A DNA stretch of 64,000 nucleotides from Nitrosopumilus sp. (GTDB lineage: Archaea > Thermoproteota > Nitrososphaeria > Nitrososphaerales > Nitrosopumilaceae), in contig CBDBLX010000002.1 of NCBI GenBank assembly GCA_965207445.1, forward strand, positions 160,001 through 224,000, in the 5' to 3' direction. A program made the translations under genes and the position numbers. Shown here piece after piece: positions 41,228-52,194 of the stretch (positions within the stretch are counted from its first letter, which is position 1; each line of letters opens with the position of its first letter). The notes below the pieces were generated by a model. That model was given only the letters and a program-made list of their open reading frames with translations. It was not told the DNA's origin and made no database searches.

Positions 41228-43635
41228 TGGAGATCCAAATTCAGAGTATCAACGATGTTCTCCCATGGTGTAAATATCTTGAACACTGCATCCCGTTCTG
41301 ACTTGCATACCGGCACCCCGTTAAAGTCATACATTAGATTAATGGTAGCGCCACTAGAAAGAGTAAGGGAACAACCAGATGCTACATGGATTCCTAAGAA
41401 CGTGGCATCGGTGCCATTTTTTACAAATACCGGGGCTCCACTGTCTCCAGATTCACCAGGATATGAACCGCTTGTATGATTCACCAATGTTATTGCATTG
41501 TTATTGTCGTCTTTGATTTTTATCGTTATGTTCTTGTACTGGAGTCCACCTGGTCCGTCATTATGTATGCCTGCAATGTGTATGCGCGTACCTGCTTCAA
41601 GATCTTGTACACCGCCAAGAGAGGTGATATTAAGGGTATGTTCCTTATATTTGATCTTGTACGGGTGTACGGGTAGCACATCCGTAGTGACATTGATTAC
41701 AGCTGCGTCTGCCACGTTTCCACCGTCCTTTTCAATTCTAAACATAGAATCCGAATCGATTGGGCCGATTGTCTGGCCTAGTATTGGATTCCGGGAATGT
41801 AGTATCTTTATGTCGGTTTTGATGGTTTTTGTGGGGTTTACAACATGAGATGCAGTGAGCATCTTTGTACTTGTTCCGTTGTCAGTTGTAAACACCAATC
41901 CTATAGTGCCAGTTTTTATGTCCTGTTCAGAGCCAATTTTATGGTACGCGAGTATGGGATTTCCGGAAATTATGGTGCCACCTGACATGACGTTTGGCGC
42001 TTTTAAGACGTCTCTGAATTTACTGTCTATGTAATCTATAGCGTCACAATAAGATTTTTGAAATTCCATGCCGCCAATAATACATTGATTGTTGTTACCA
42101 ATTCTTACTATGAATGACTTTTTGGCCTCGTTGCCGGCATCATCAGTGGCAGAGCACTTTACGATGGTGGTTCCAATATGAAATAAGCTTCCAGAGCCTG
42201 GAATGCATGTAGGTGTGACGCTGGGGTCGACATTGTCGTGCGCGGACACAGCATATTTCATGTTTAACCCGTCTGGATCTTCTATTCCAAATATTATAGG
42301 CGCAGGAACAGTTATCACGGGAGGTTCGGTATCTTGTGTCACATAATTTACTATGACCTTGAAGGTGGCAGTGGCCTTGTTGTTTGCCTTGTCCGTGGCA
42401 GTACACGTAACTGTGGTTGTCCCCACTGCAAACTTTGTGCCGCTTGTAGGACTACATGTCACAGTGACCGCACTACTGTCATCTTGTGCCGATACATCAT
42501 ATGTGATGATGCGACCTGTACTATCTGTGGTATCGAGATCAATGTCAACAGGTTGAAGTATGACCGGAGGCGTGGTATCAGAAGGCAGTGGGATGGTCAC
42601 GGGGTTTGATGTCACGTATCCACCGCTAGTGCCTGTCAACCTGCTGTCGCTCTTGTAGTATACATACACTCTGAACTTGTATTCTTTGCCTGGATCTGGA
42701 GAGTCATACGTGTAGGTATTTGTTCGGTGTGTATCTCTGTCAATTCGATTGCCGTCCTCGTAGACATACACCCTGTAATAATTGACCTCGTACTGCGGAG
42801 TGCTCCATGTTACACGTATGTTATCGCCAGATTTCACCGCCTTTAGGCTTGAGACGGGCGGGGGCGATACTTTACTTGTGGGGGGTTTTGTAGTGGGCAC
42901 CTCGTACCCAAGCGTGTTAATCTGGGTCTTGTACGTGTTGCATCTAGCGGTGGTGTGGCTAGGTATACACTTGTTCTGGTACTGCTTGTAGTAATAACAT
43001 GCAAGTGAGCCGGTGTTCGTATCGCATGGGTTCTCTTTTGACAATGTGGGTGCGGGTGTATTGGAATCTGGATCCACGCCCTCCTCGACCAGCCGCTGCT
43101 TGTAGTATGTGCACAGTGACTGGTACCCTGGCTTTACGGGCTTGCAGCTACTGTCATAAAACGACTTCCACTGGTTGATATCATTTTGTGAGGCGTCAAG
43201 GGTAATCATGCCATATTCAATATGTACCGGTATGCCGGCATGGCCTATTGCAAACGCAACGTCCTCTGGTTCGTACGCAAAGCCTACTGCAGCTGCCATT
43301 GCATCCATCATTATGACAAGGTCACCACGCTCCTCATCCACATAAGACATTACAAATGGATAATCAGGAGTGTCAAAATTTCCCAGGCTTTGCTGTTTCA
43401 TAATGTCGGTAAGATCACTATGTGCTGCATAGAGGTCATCTGCGCGACCAACGGGTCCTATCTCATCATCAGGGCTCAGTACATGTGGATTGTCCACAAC
43501 AGGATCGTCGGACAGCTCGTCTGTTGTCTGCGCAAGCGCTGACAAGGGCAGGAATAGAGCTAATGCAAGGGCAAGAACAATAGATAACCGTAAATGTATC
43601 AATATCTGATGTGCACAAATACCAGTTAAATACAT
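41224..43635 (-). CDS. Secreted trypsin-like (S1) serine protease with Cys-rich, Fn3 and two HYR-like domains
   Basis: Signal peptide; Fn3 (IRVTW...Y.FRVY); DTTPPVI...FAVGTTTVTCTATD twice; LTASH / DAA / GDSGAP catalytic triad. Confidence 0.85.
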   Translation of the reverse strand: MYLTGICAHQILIHLRLSIVLALALALFLPLSALAQTTDELSDDPVVDNPHVLSPDDEIGPVGRADDLYAAHSDLTDIMKQQSLGNFDTPDYPFVMSYVDEERGDLVIMMDAMAAAVGFAYEPEDVAFAIGHAGIPVHIEYGMITLDASQNDINQWKSFYDSSCKPVKPGYQSLCTYYKQRLVEEGVDPDSNTPAPTLSKENPCDTNTGSLACYYYKQYQNKCIPSHTTARCNTYKTQINTLGYEVPTTKPPTSKVSPPPVSSLKAVKSGDNIRVTWSTPQYEVNYYRVYVYEDGNRIDRDTHRTNTYTYDSPDPGKEYKFRVYVYYKSDSRLTGTSGGYVTSNPVTIPLPSDTTPPVILQPVDIDLDTTDSTGRIITYDVSAQDDSSAVTVTCSPTSGTKFAVGTTTVTCTATDKANNKATATFKVIVNYVTQDTEPPVITVPAPIIFGIEDPDGLNMKYAVSAHDNVDPSVTPTCIPGSGSLFHIGTTIVKCSATDDAGNEAKKSFIVRIGNNNQCIIGGMEFQKSYCDAIDYIDSKFRDVLKAPNVMSGGTIISGNPILAYHKIGSEQDIKTGTIGLVFTTDNGTSTKMLTASHVVNPTKTIKTDIKILHSRNPILGQTIGPIDSDSMFRIEKDGGNVADAAVINVTTDVLPVHPYKIKYKEHTLNITSLGGVQDLEAGTRIHIAGIHNDGPGGLQYKNITIKIKDDNNNAITLVNHTSGSYPGESGDSGAPVFVKNGTDATFLGIHVASGCSLTLSSGATINLMYDFNGVPVCKSERDAVFKIFTPWENIVDTLNLDLQ

Positions 43636-43869
43636 AATGATATGCCTTTTGTGAGTTCTTACAACTGTTCACCTCTCACCTTCTGTCAGACAGACATAAC
43701 AGGTGACGTGGATCAAGATGATGCTTATCGTACATGCGTGACGGACTAGATCTTTTTGTCGCAATTTTAGAGTTTTGTGTTGTCGCTGTTGATTATCATG
43801 CGTGATATCTGTTGTAGCCTTGTCAGACGTTTTGCATCCTGTAGTTTTACTTTTCTTTTGACTCAAAAT

Positions 43870-44280
43870 CAATACATTCCTTTAACGGCATCATCAAGAT
43901 TACGTTTCTCTTCCTCTTCTCGTTCTATTGCATCCTCGTATTCGTCAATATCCAAATATTTGGTTATATTTTGTATTAGTATGTTGGTAAGATCTTCTGG
44001 TTTTAGAGCGTCTAGTTCCCATGAATTACCACCATACTTGTCTGAATATTTCCCAAACGAGGATCGGTCTTTTTTGTGAAATCTGGAGGAAGATCATACT
44101 CTCCGTTCTGTTTCATGTTTACTGCTATGCGCTCTACGTTTACAAAACAATCAAACTTTCATAATCTGTCACGTATGTCTCGGACCATATCCATCCCACT
44201 AAGGGTCATGGTCACCCATGTACAGTATGTGGCAATCCATGTATTCTTGTTGTTGGTGTTTGTGCATTCTCAGAGCGACA
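43870..44280 (-). pseudogene. Toprim-domain (Topo VI-A/Spo11-like) remnant
   Basis: ILYMGDHDP/SGMDM (1-nt frameshift), internal stop, ERIAV...YDLPP...WELDALKP. Confidence 0.65.
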
Positions 44281-45545
44281 TTATGCATGGCGCTTACAGA
44301 TGAGTATCCCTTGTTTGCAAGCAAAAGTAATCATATGTGGAAAAAAGAAACGTAGATCTAGTATCTTTACTCGTACCTGCGGATATGGTGGTTGTATCTG
44401 TTTTGTTATTGTGATTTTCGCCTTTATCTGGCTAGTTGTTGTGGGTTTTATTGTTGCTTGTTGTAATGAACCGGAATTCTGTACTTTACCTATCTGTTCT
44501 GATGCAAGCATAACATCCGGATCGAATCCACACATTCTGGTTTGTTGTCGCCACATATCTATGAGTATCTTGCGCTTGTCTGTTTCAGAATCATATGTCT
44601 CATCAGTAGATAAAAATATCTGACTCTACTCAAATGCACGTCGCATATCCTCTGTCATCTGTTCGGTTAACTTGCCTTTGTTTGTTGTATATCTGGCCTC
44701 CATGTCACCCTTGTGTCCCATAAAGAACTGTCTGTATGAGTGAGTCATACCTCCGTGGCTTTCTGCTATTAACAACTGACTATCAAAGTATGCCTTCAGA
44801 GTGTATGGACGTATATCTAATACGTTCTTGATAACGGGTCGAATGATACCCCACTTATTGAAGTTGTTGTAAGAAATTTACCTCCATGTCCACTTAGTTT
44901 ACTCCATCCTTTGAGACGATAATCAATACCCGTAGTTAAAAGTGGCGAGTCAGGTTTTAGACGCTCCCCAAATGTCATTCTCTCATCTAGTTATCCAAGC
45001 AAGTATTCACATCCTCCTTTAGTCAAAAATGTAAAGTATTTTTTTCGAATTTTACTCAAATTTGATCGCACCACCACCATTACAGGGATATTTTCAAAAT
45101 GAGTATCATTTCCATCTAATACCAAATCTGGGAAATCCGATAACACCAACCCATCACTTTGATCTGCCAATCCCATAACTTGCGGTCTTAGACCTGCAAA
45201 GGACATCACAATGATGATCGTTTTACGTCGCGGGTCTGATGAGTCAAGTATCTTTTTCAGTTGCTCTCTATCTGGTATTATCTCATTTTGTATGCTTATT
45301 GGCACATTCGAATTGGTCACTTTAATCTTACGTCTGATCTCTATACGATTATAGTCAAACCACGGTTTTATGGCAATCATCATCACAGTAATATATCCTG
45401 GAACATACTTTTTTTCTTCCATCCACAATACATGATCCAACAATAAATTCTCAGCTTTTATTGGATTGTCTTGTCCCATTTTTATCAGTTCATATGGTGT
45501 CATTGGTGAGGACATACTCACCAGTAGAGTGTAACTTTTATCCAC
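44281..45545 (-). pseudogene. Tyrosine recombinase/integrase
   Basis: FAGLRP; stop at 44991; frameshift near 44850; RPYTLKAYF, FMGH...ARY. Confidence 0.85.
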
Positions 45546-45650
45546 AACTAATGCAATGATACTTTTATGTACAAGCTCGGGTCAAATTTTTAGGCACATT
45601 TAGGGCAGTACACACAGGATCTCGTTTGCGCTTGATGATGTTATACAAAG

Positions 45651-46112
45651 TCATTCCTTGATTATTATGGTGATGTGTTTCTCAGGCTCATCGTTGACCA
45701 AAAAGTACTTGAGCAGTTCGCCATCCTGTGAATATTTTTCGTATATGCGGGTGCCATTGTCATATGTCGTACGGTAGTGAACCCAAGTCCCTCCCTCGCC
45801 ATATCCGCTGGAGAATCTCACCGATGCCTCATCGCCGTCCCAATCTGAATATCTTTCGTTTGGGGGCAATCTGTAAACATCTGCCTGCCTGTCGGGTGCA
45901 ACCAACAAGTCTATCTCCTTATTGGTTAGTGTCACACCTGTCCGAAGCATCTCCTCGTATAGCGCCACGGATATTGCCTCAAGATCCTCGCGCGATGATA
46001 TCTCTAAGACAACATTTGACCCATCATCTGATCCGACTCCCAAAAGATATCCTACAGGAAACAATAGGACTCCTGTAAGAAAAATAAAAAAGACGAAGTG
46101 ACGCGTACGCAT
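45651..46112 (-). CDS. Membrane-anchored hypothetical protein
   Basis: N-terminal TM; starts 4 nt after the upstream gene stop. Confidence 0.65.
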   Translation of the reverse strand: MRTRHFVFFIFLTGVLLFPVGYLLGVGSDDGSNVVLEISSREDLEAISVALYEEMLRTGVTLTNKEIDLLVAPDRQADVYRLPPNERYSDWDGDEASVRFSSGYGEGGTWVHYRTTYDNGTRIYEKYSQDGELLKYFLVNDEPEKHITIIIKE

Positions 46113-46116
46113 ATGA

Positions 46117-47181
46117 CTACCTCTGATACACGTAACTGGTAAAGGTTATCTCTACCCTTGATTCTGATCTGGCGTTTGGATTGTACAAAAATCCAGTCTT
46201 GGTCACAGTACCATCCATGTCGTAACCTATCAATTCGCGACCCTGCACCGGATCGGTAACCTGTCCCTTTACAACTATCACGGAATCTGATATACTCCAC
46301 CCGCGCATCACTGCATGTATGTACCAGTCTTGTACATGATTCGGCCCGGGTATGACAATGCTCTCAATGTCGCTTCCAGAATTCCATTCATATCCAGAAC
46401 ATATCTCATCAATGGTCTCACAGGGGGGAATACGTTATTCGTATGTCTGCCCAATGGTTGGCAAAATTCGTCACGAATTTGATGTCTGAATCTCTACCGG
46501 TTGTGTCTTTTGAATTACAAGCCTCTACGTAACTACATAGAGAGAGGCTACCAACCATGTCCCAAAAGTCAGGATCAGTAGCGCGTATACTCGGACCAAC
46601 GTTACCGTGGTTAGTCATGTTTTTCACGGAAGACGTAAATTCGTCCACCAGTCCTATGTTGGCAATACCAACCATGTCCACTATGCGGTCGTTGATGTCC
46701 GCTAAATCAAATGGTATGTCATATTGTGTTTTGGCCCATTCCAACAGGCGGGCTTCGGCTTCTGTGGGATCGTGCGCACCTGCCAGAATTTCCTTTTGAG
46801 ACGACAGTGCCACGAGCTCATAGCCAGCCACCTCTTGCCCGATCCTAGTCTCCAGGTTATAGATACGTATATTTTCGTCGCGCATGGCCTGGTTCCAGCC
46901 ATTCTCGGACATGTTCATCTCAACATATGCTATCACAGCTTGGTGATTGAGTTGTTCTTTCACGGTAGTGGCCCTGTTCCTGTCATCTATAACACCGGTG
47001 TTTCCCAACGTGGCTTGCGTGCCGTTGGTGGGAAGATCGACGGCGTTTTGGGAGACTGCATCCGTGGAACCTATAGAACCGACTGGACCATCATCATCTT
47101 CCGTTATGGCGTTCGCGTATGTAATGCCGAATGCTATGACGAGAATCATAATAGTCGTAAGAATTACGTGTTTGTGAATCA
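46117..47181 (-). pseudogene. Secreted protein frameshifted at a C6 run
   Basis: Signal peptide MIHKHVIL...; deleting one base from the run at 46423-46428 joins the 46418 and 46117 ORFs. Confidence 0.7.
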
Positions 47182-47232
47182 TTAAAATGCGGATTTGCAC
47201 ACTACATGATAAGCGTACGTCAGTATGGAGTC

Positions 47233-47313
47233 GTAACCGTTCAACCCCTTCCAAAATTTAGGCACAGACTCGCCGTCTAACATCTGGTGCAGGCACGGGG
47301 GTTGAACGGTTAC
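47233..47313 (-). mobile_element. MITE-B copy (81 bp)
   Basis: Perfect 16-bp TIR; 9-bp TSD TATGGAGTC at 47224-47232 and 47314-47322. Confidence 0.92.
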
Positions 47314-47377
47314 TATGGAGTCTGCACTTTTATGTGCAAAATACACTACAAAGGATTATTAGTATATTGATAAGGGT

Positions 47378-47863
47378 GTGATCATGACAGTTGCTAAAAT
47401 AGAGACTAACTTTGGAGTTATACGGTTTGAGCTTTTACCTGATCTCGCGCCAGAGCATGTTCGAAATTTTGAGAGCCTCGCCAACAGTGGATTTTATGAT
47501 GGTACATTATTTCACAGAGTAATACCTGGATTTATGATACAGGGTGGTGACCCTAACACAAAGACTACCAACAAGGGTTCTTGGGGCACGGGTGGTCCTG
47601 GGTATAACATAAAAGCAGAGTTTAACTCTCGCTCACATTTGCGTGGGATTGTATCTATGGCAAGATCACAAGATCCTGACAGTGCAGGATCTCAGTTCTT
47701 TATAGTGGTCAGTGATAGCACATTTCTTGATCGAAATTATACCGTATTTGGTAATGTTATAGAAGGCATGGATGTGGCCGATAAGATCGTAATGTTGCAA
47801 AGGGATGGAAATGATTGCCCTCAACAAGAAGCCAAAATGACTAAAGTGTCTATTGAAGCATGA
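47378..47863 (+). CDS. Cyclophilin-type peptidyl-prolyl isomerase
   Basis: FHRVIPGFMIQGGDP, SMARS, GSQFFI, YTVFG. Confidence 0.96.
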   Translation: MIMTVAKIETNFGVIRFELLPDLAPEHVRNFESLANSGFYDGTLFHRVIPGFMIQGGDPNTKTTNKGSWGTGGPGYNIKAEFNSRSHLRGIVSMARSQDPDSAGSQFFIVVSDSTFLDRNYTVFGNVIEGMDVADKIVMLQRDGNDCPQQEAKMTKVSIEA

Positions 47864-49026
47864 CACGACGTATTAGAAAATGTCATATTGGACATTTAGA
47901 ACCATCACCATCACCACAATTATCCATTTCACGATCATTGTACTTGTGTATGTTACTAGTTTGTGTTGCTGCTGCTGTTGGGACTTTGGAATCATATACT
48001 ACTGCACACGCCCAAAACATGGCATCTCAAGAATCAATAACTGTTAATTTAGGCGCAGAGAGCCATCTTGATATACATGTCAGACATGTATTATCCCCAT
48101 CAAATGAGCAGACTATACTAAATCTAGTAGGACCTGATGTATCTAACATAACAATATCGGCCGGTACCCTAGACTCTGAGCAGTTATTGTATCAGAATGT
48201 ACAAACAAACACTAGTGATGATGATGGTAGCAAGACGATACTAGTGCCGCCTACAGATGATGAGATAATTGCAGTTGAATATGTCATCCAAAATGCACTA
48301 GACCTCACAGGTATGATATACTCTATTAATTATGATTATCCCCATACTACCACCTTTTACACACCAGATAATACAGATGTAGTGCTTGTCAACGATAGAG
48401 TGATAAATCTTGAGGAGAAGAGTGGATTTGCCTGTCATGGGTGTTATATGAAGTTGGAGTATTCAGTAGATACCTCTAAACACGTACAAGAGATAAAAAT
48501 CAATGACCACACATCATTTACTACAGAAATAATATCACATACAAACACCAATCTTGAATTTGATTTGGCAACAGGTGATATCTCATTTCAGATACATGGT
48601 GATGAAAGTGATAATATTGACTCACAATTCATAACAGTTGTAATTCCTGCTGATTTGATGAACCCTCCATTTACAATTTTGCATGATGGGGCACAAACGT
48701 CACATAAAAGATTTGAAAATGGTACACACTCACACATTATAATCAAATTAGAATCAAGTGGAACATATACTATTAATGGTATGTTATCACAATTTGTAAC
48801 TGAACAACAGATACTATCCTCCTCAAAAGACACCTCTTGGTATTATTACACTGTGGTACTAGTTGTTGCCTTTGTATCAATTATTGGAATATTTGTGGCA
48901 AAGAAAATAATTTCTACTCGCCACCGGCGCCACACGTACAAAAACCAAACTCGTCAGTTCGACTCTGGCACTCTGGGCACACTTCTCCATACTCGACTTC
49001 CCATGGTTCCTTTCCAAACAATTTAA
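47860..49026 (+). CDS. Secreted/membrane-anchored hypothetical protein
   Basis: Signal peptide, CHGC, C-terminal TM. Confidence 0.7.
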   Translation: MTRRIRKCHIGHLEPSPSPQLSISRSLYLCMLLVCVAAAVGTLESYTTAHAQNMASQESITVNLGAESHLDIHVRHVLSPSNEQTILNLVGPDVSNITISAGTLDSEQLLYQNVQTNTSDDDGSKTILVPPTDDEIIAVEYVIQNALDLTGMIYSINYDYPHTTTFYTPDNTDVVLVNDRVINLEEKSGFACHGCYMKLEYSVDTSKHVQEIKINDHTSFTTEIISHTNTNLEFDLATGDISFQIHGDESDNIDSQFITVVIPADLMNPPFTILHDGAQTSHKRFENGTHSHIIIKLESSGTYTINGMLSQFVTEQQILSSSKDTSWYYYTVVLVVAFVSIIGIFVAKKIISTRHRRHTYKNQTRQFDSGTLGTLLHTRLPMVPFQTI

Positions 49027-49105
49027 GATGCACATCGATCTCTGGTGGAATCTTAAATTCCTCATCATTTTTTACCCCTGAGTTTCCGTCAGTATTTTTT
49101 TCCAT
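48914..49105 (-). CDS. Small Zn-finger protein
   Basis: CPEC...DEFGFCTC; overlaps the tail of the opposite-strand gene. Confidence 0.7.
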   Translation of the reverse strand: MEKNTDGNSGVKNDEEFKIPPEIDVHLKLFGKEPWEVEYGEVCPECQSRTDEFGFCTCGAGGE

Positions 49106-49343
49106 TAATAAAATATATACACACTATGATAAATATACATCTATTTAATATACACACTATAGATTGTAAATGTCAGTCAAGTGTCAAGTGTGATGTACTA
49201 ACCTCAAAACTGAATAAACTAGTAAACTAGAGGTATAGCTGAATTGGCATGCATTACATGAGCTGCTGACTAGTACATGTTTTGTTCATCAAAGCGGTGA
49301 GATATTTTACACTTGTCACATGTGCAACTTTTCAGATGCAAAA

Positions 49344-49805
49344 TCACATGCTAGTAATACACATAGGTGAGACATATGCCTCTGTTCCATCTTTTGAATA
49401 ATTACATATGACCTCATTATCATTTGTCATATCTGTCAATACTTTTGATATGATCTTTGAGTTTGTAAGCCATCTGCTCTTTTGCATTCTTTGGGTAATC
49501 TCTTGTATGGTACGCGGGCTCTCAAAAAAGTTATCTGTATTGTGCAGTGCCCTCAACCCTTCTCTTATCTGTTGGTGTGAGTGCATTGGACCTGCATCCT
49601 CTAGCTCTGGCTCATAAAACTCTGCCTCTTTTATCTTACTATCAAAGTCACTCAAATAGTTTGGCTTGTTTTCATGCTGCTGGTTTTCTGGTATACACTT
49701 GATTAACTCTTCTACAACTTGTTGTACCGTATCATTATCAACGTAAAAGTCACGCGAGTCCACTTCAATTTCGTTTGAGCCTATCTTTATTCTAATATGT
49801 GCCAT
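49344..49805 (-). CDS. Hypothetical protein with possible C-terminal wHTH
   Basis: IKIGSNEIEVDSRDFY; FFESPRTIQEI. Confidence 0.65.
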   Translation of the reverse strand: MAHIRIKIGSNEIEVDSRDFYVDNDTVQQVVEELIKCIPENQQHENKPNYLSDFDSKIKEAEFYEPELEDAGPMHSHQQIREGLRALHNTDNFFESPRTIQEITQRMQKSRWLTNSKIISKVLTDMTNDNEVICNYSKDGTEAYVSPMCITSM

Positions 49806-49919
49806 ATCATACTATATCGAACTATGAATATAAACACGTTATATGATTATTAAAATTGACTTGGATTTTAAATCATATGAATATGGTATGGTTAAAAACA
49901 AACTCGGCTAATACTTATC

Positions 49920-50384
49920 ATGCAAAGATCGCAAAAACTTGGCATTATAGCGCTTGTAGCTATAGGTGTTACGATATTTGGGTACACGCAATATGCATCT
50001 GCTTCTTTAATCTCTGTAAATGTGATAGACAACGAGTTGATCAGTACAAGCGCATATGGCTCAGAGTACTCTATTGAACTAGAGTTTGAGAATCCTTCTT
50101 TACTTATACTACAGGCAGGAGAGACGGAATTTGAGATTCGCGCAGACGGTGAGATAGTTGCAAGAGGTGTCTTGGAGCCATTTACACTAACACCACTCAA
50201 TGAGATTCGAGTCAATGGCACTTACCACACAGATGATGATGATGATGTGAGCATAACTGATGAGAGTGAGACTGTAATGATCGTTGGCGAGACTGAATAT
50301 GACATGTTGTTTGTCTCAATTGGTGTTCCATTTGAGTATCAGCCTACTAGTGAGCAAGCAAGAGATTTTATACGCCAGAGCTAG
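49920..50384 (+). CDS. Membrane-anchored beta-sandwich hypothetical protein
   Basis: N-terminal TM. Confidence 0.65.
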   Translation: MQRSQKLGIIALVAIGVTIFGYTQYASASLISVNVIDNELISTSAYGSEYSIELEFENPSLLILQAGETEFEIRADGEIVARGVLEPFTLTPLNEIRVNGTYHTDDDDDVSITDESETVMIVGETEYDMLFVSIGVPFEYQPTSEQARDFIRQS

Positions 50385-50393
50385 GGCGCGTGT

Positions 50394-51320
50394 ATGCTTG
50401 TTGTGTTTGGTTCTGTAGCGCTTGACACCACCCGAACCCCAAAAAAGACACTCAAAGACAAACTTGGTGGCGCATCTACTTTTGCTGCTATCTCGGCGAG
50501 CAGTTTTACCAAGACGGGACTAGTTGCAGTGGTGGGCAGTGACTTGCCTCAAAAAGATTATCAGACACTTGCTAGTCGTGTCATGGTTGATGGACTGGTA
50601 AAAAAACCTGGAAAGACGTTCAGATATGACTGCAAGTATGACAAGACATTAAGTGTCAGAACCACACTAAAAACACAACTCAACGTATTGGAAGGCTTCA
50701 AACCCACACTACCTGAGACGTATGCCTCCTCCAAATATGTTTATTTAGCGAACAGTGATCCTGATCAGAATCTAGAGATGTTGGGGAAATTTACCAACAA
50801 AGTTAGATTCTCTATGTGTGATACCATAGATTTTTGGATAAAGACAAAGCGTGCATCTGTAATCAAAATCATCAAAAAAGTTGATGCTGCTATTATGAAT
50901 GATGAGGAAGCCATACTACTTGCAAAGGGTGAGCACAACCTACTCAAATGTGCAAAAAAGATACGGGCAGAGACAGGTGTCAAATATTTGATTATAAAAA
51001 AGGGGCCGCATGGCTCACTTTTGTTTTATGGTGATAATGATGCAGTGGTGGTGGTGGCAGCACCTGCATATACTCTTGAGGGTGTAGTTGATCCGACCGG
51101 TGCAGGTGATGCCTTTGCTGGTGCTGTGATGGGGTACTTGGCAAACCTCAACAAACCTAAAGTGTCTATTGGCGATCTAAGACGATCTCTTGTTTATGGA
51201 AATGTAATGGGTTCTTTTACAGTTGAAGGGTATGGTCTTGATGGGTTACTAAAAGCAACTAATTCACCAAAAAGCATAGAGAAGCGTGCTAAAATGTATA
51301 TACAATCCCTTCCATTGTGA
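50394..51320 (+). CDS. PfkB-family carbohydrate/nucleoside kinase
   Basis: GSVALD, GG, DPTGAGDAFAG. Confidence 0.93.
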   Translation: MLVVFGSVALDTTRTPKKTLKDKLGGASTFAAISASSFTKTGLVAVVGSDLPQKDYQTLASRVMVDGLVKKPGKTFRYDCKYDKTLSVRTTLKTQLNVLEGFKPTLPETYASSKYVYLANSDPDQNLEMLGKFTNKVRFSMCDTIDFWIKTKRASVIKIIKKVDAAIMNDEEAILLAKGEHNLLKCAKKIRAETGVKYLIIKKGPHGSLLFYGDNDAVVVVAAPAYTLEGVVDPTGAGDAFAGAVMGYLANLNKPKVSIGDLRRSLVYGNVMGSFTVEGYGLDGLLKATNSPKSIEKRAKMYIQSLPL

Positions 51321-51336
51321 TTATGGATGTAGATAA

Positions 51337-51696
51337 ATGATGAACAACTCAGATGATTCACAGACAAAGGACAGACTAGATGTAATATTTGCTCTACAGC
51401 GAGAACTTGCAGGTGTGATGAAGCAGGGCAAATATCCAAAAGAGCCAGAGGAGCGAGTATCTGCATTATGTACTGCAATAATACATGAGGCAGTAGAACT
51501 ACAACGCACAACAAACTGGAAGTGGTGGAAGACACCTACTGAATTTGACAAATCAGAGGCAAAAGAAGAGTTGATTGACATATGGCATTTTGTAGTACAG
51601 GCGTCACTAGAGTTGAATTTGACACCTGATGATATACTAGCCGAGTACAAACGAAAGAATCAGATAAATCGAGACCGGCAGAGAGATGGATACTAG
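51337..51696 (+). CDS. Dimeric all-alpha dUTPase-like protein
   Basis: EAVEL...WKWWK, EELIDIWHF, KNQINRDRQRDGY. Confidence 0.88.
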   Translation: MMNNSDDSQTKDRLDVIFALQRELAGVMKQGKYPKEPEERVSALCTAIIHEAVELQRTTNWKWWKTPTEFDKSEAKEELIDIWHFVVQASLELNLTPDDILAEYKRKNQINRDRQRDGY

Positions 51697-51699
51697 ACT

Positions 51700-52194
51700 T
51701 TAATCTGTAATATTTGTTATACATTTTATTATTTTATTATAATCTGATACTCCTGTTTTATCAACTAGCGACACGTTTTGACTAAAGTGTTTGATCTGCT
51801 TTACAGTTGCCCTCAGATATGGGTCTGGGCTGTGTGAGTTTGATATTCTATTTGTGTTTCGTTGATCATTGTGAATTCCGTATTTGTGCAAGCAGACAAG
51901 TGAGTGTCCGGGATAGTGGCCGTGTCCATCTGTGCCACAAATGATCACTGTATGTATGTGTGGGTTTTCGTACAGAAATTTTAGCATGGCATCAATTCCT
52001 TTGTTCTCTGATAAGAGACGTCCTATGATATTGACATGTTGCAACACGTTTGGCACGGCTAGTTTTTTGAGCAGTTTGATATCACACAATGTACACACTG
52101 CAATAGATGATTCGGGGTTGCCACGGTATGACTCTTGTGGAATCGGTAACACGACTTTACATACCTCACCTAAAATATCATGTATAATGTTCAT
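51700..52194 (-). CDS. MtrA-like (tetrahydromethanopterin S-methyltransferase subunit A) domain protein
   Basis: GNPESSIAVCTL, SENKGID, NPHI..VIICG...GH.PGHSL..LHKYG. Confidence 0.85.
   Translation of the reverse strand: MNIIHDILGEVCKVVLPIPQESYRGNPESSIAVCTLCDIKLLKKLAVPNVLQHVNIIGRLLSENKGIDAMLKFLYENPHIHTVIICGTDGHGHYPGHSLVCLHKYGIHNDQRNTNRISNSHSPDPYLRATVKQIKHFSQNVSLVDKTGVSDYNKIIKCITNITD

Noticed and set aside
46340..46348. ATTCGGCCC as an attR copy of the tRNA-Val 3' end
   Set aside because: Only 9 bp and inside a coding region; consistent with chance.
51700..52194. Evidence for methanogenesis
   Set aside because: Stand-alone MtrA-like genes are known in Thaumarchaeota; no other mtr or mcr genes are present here.
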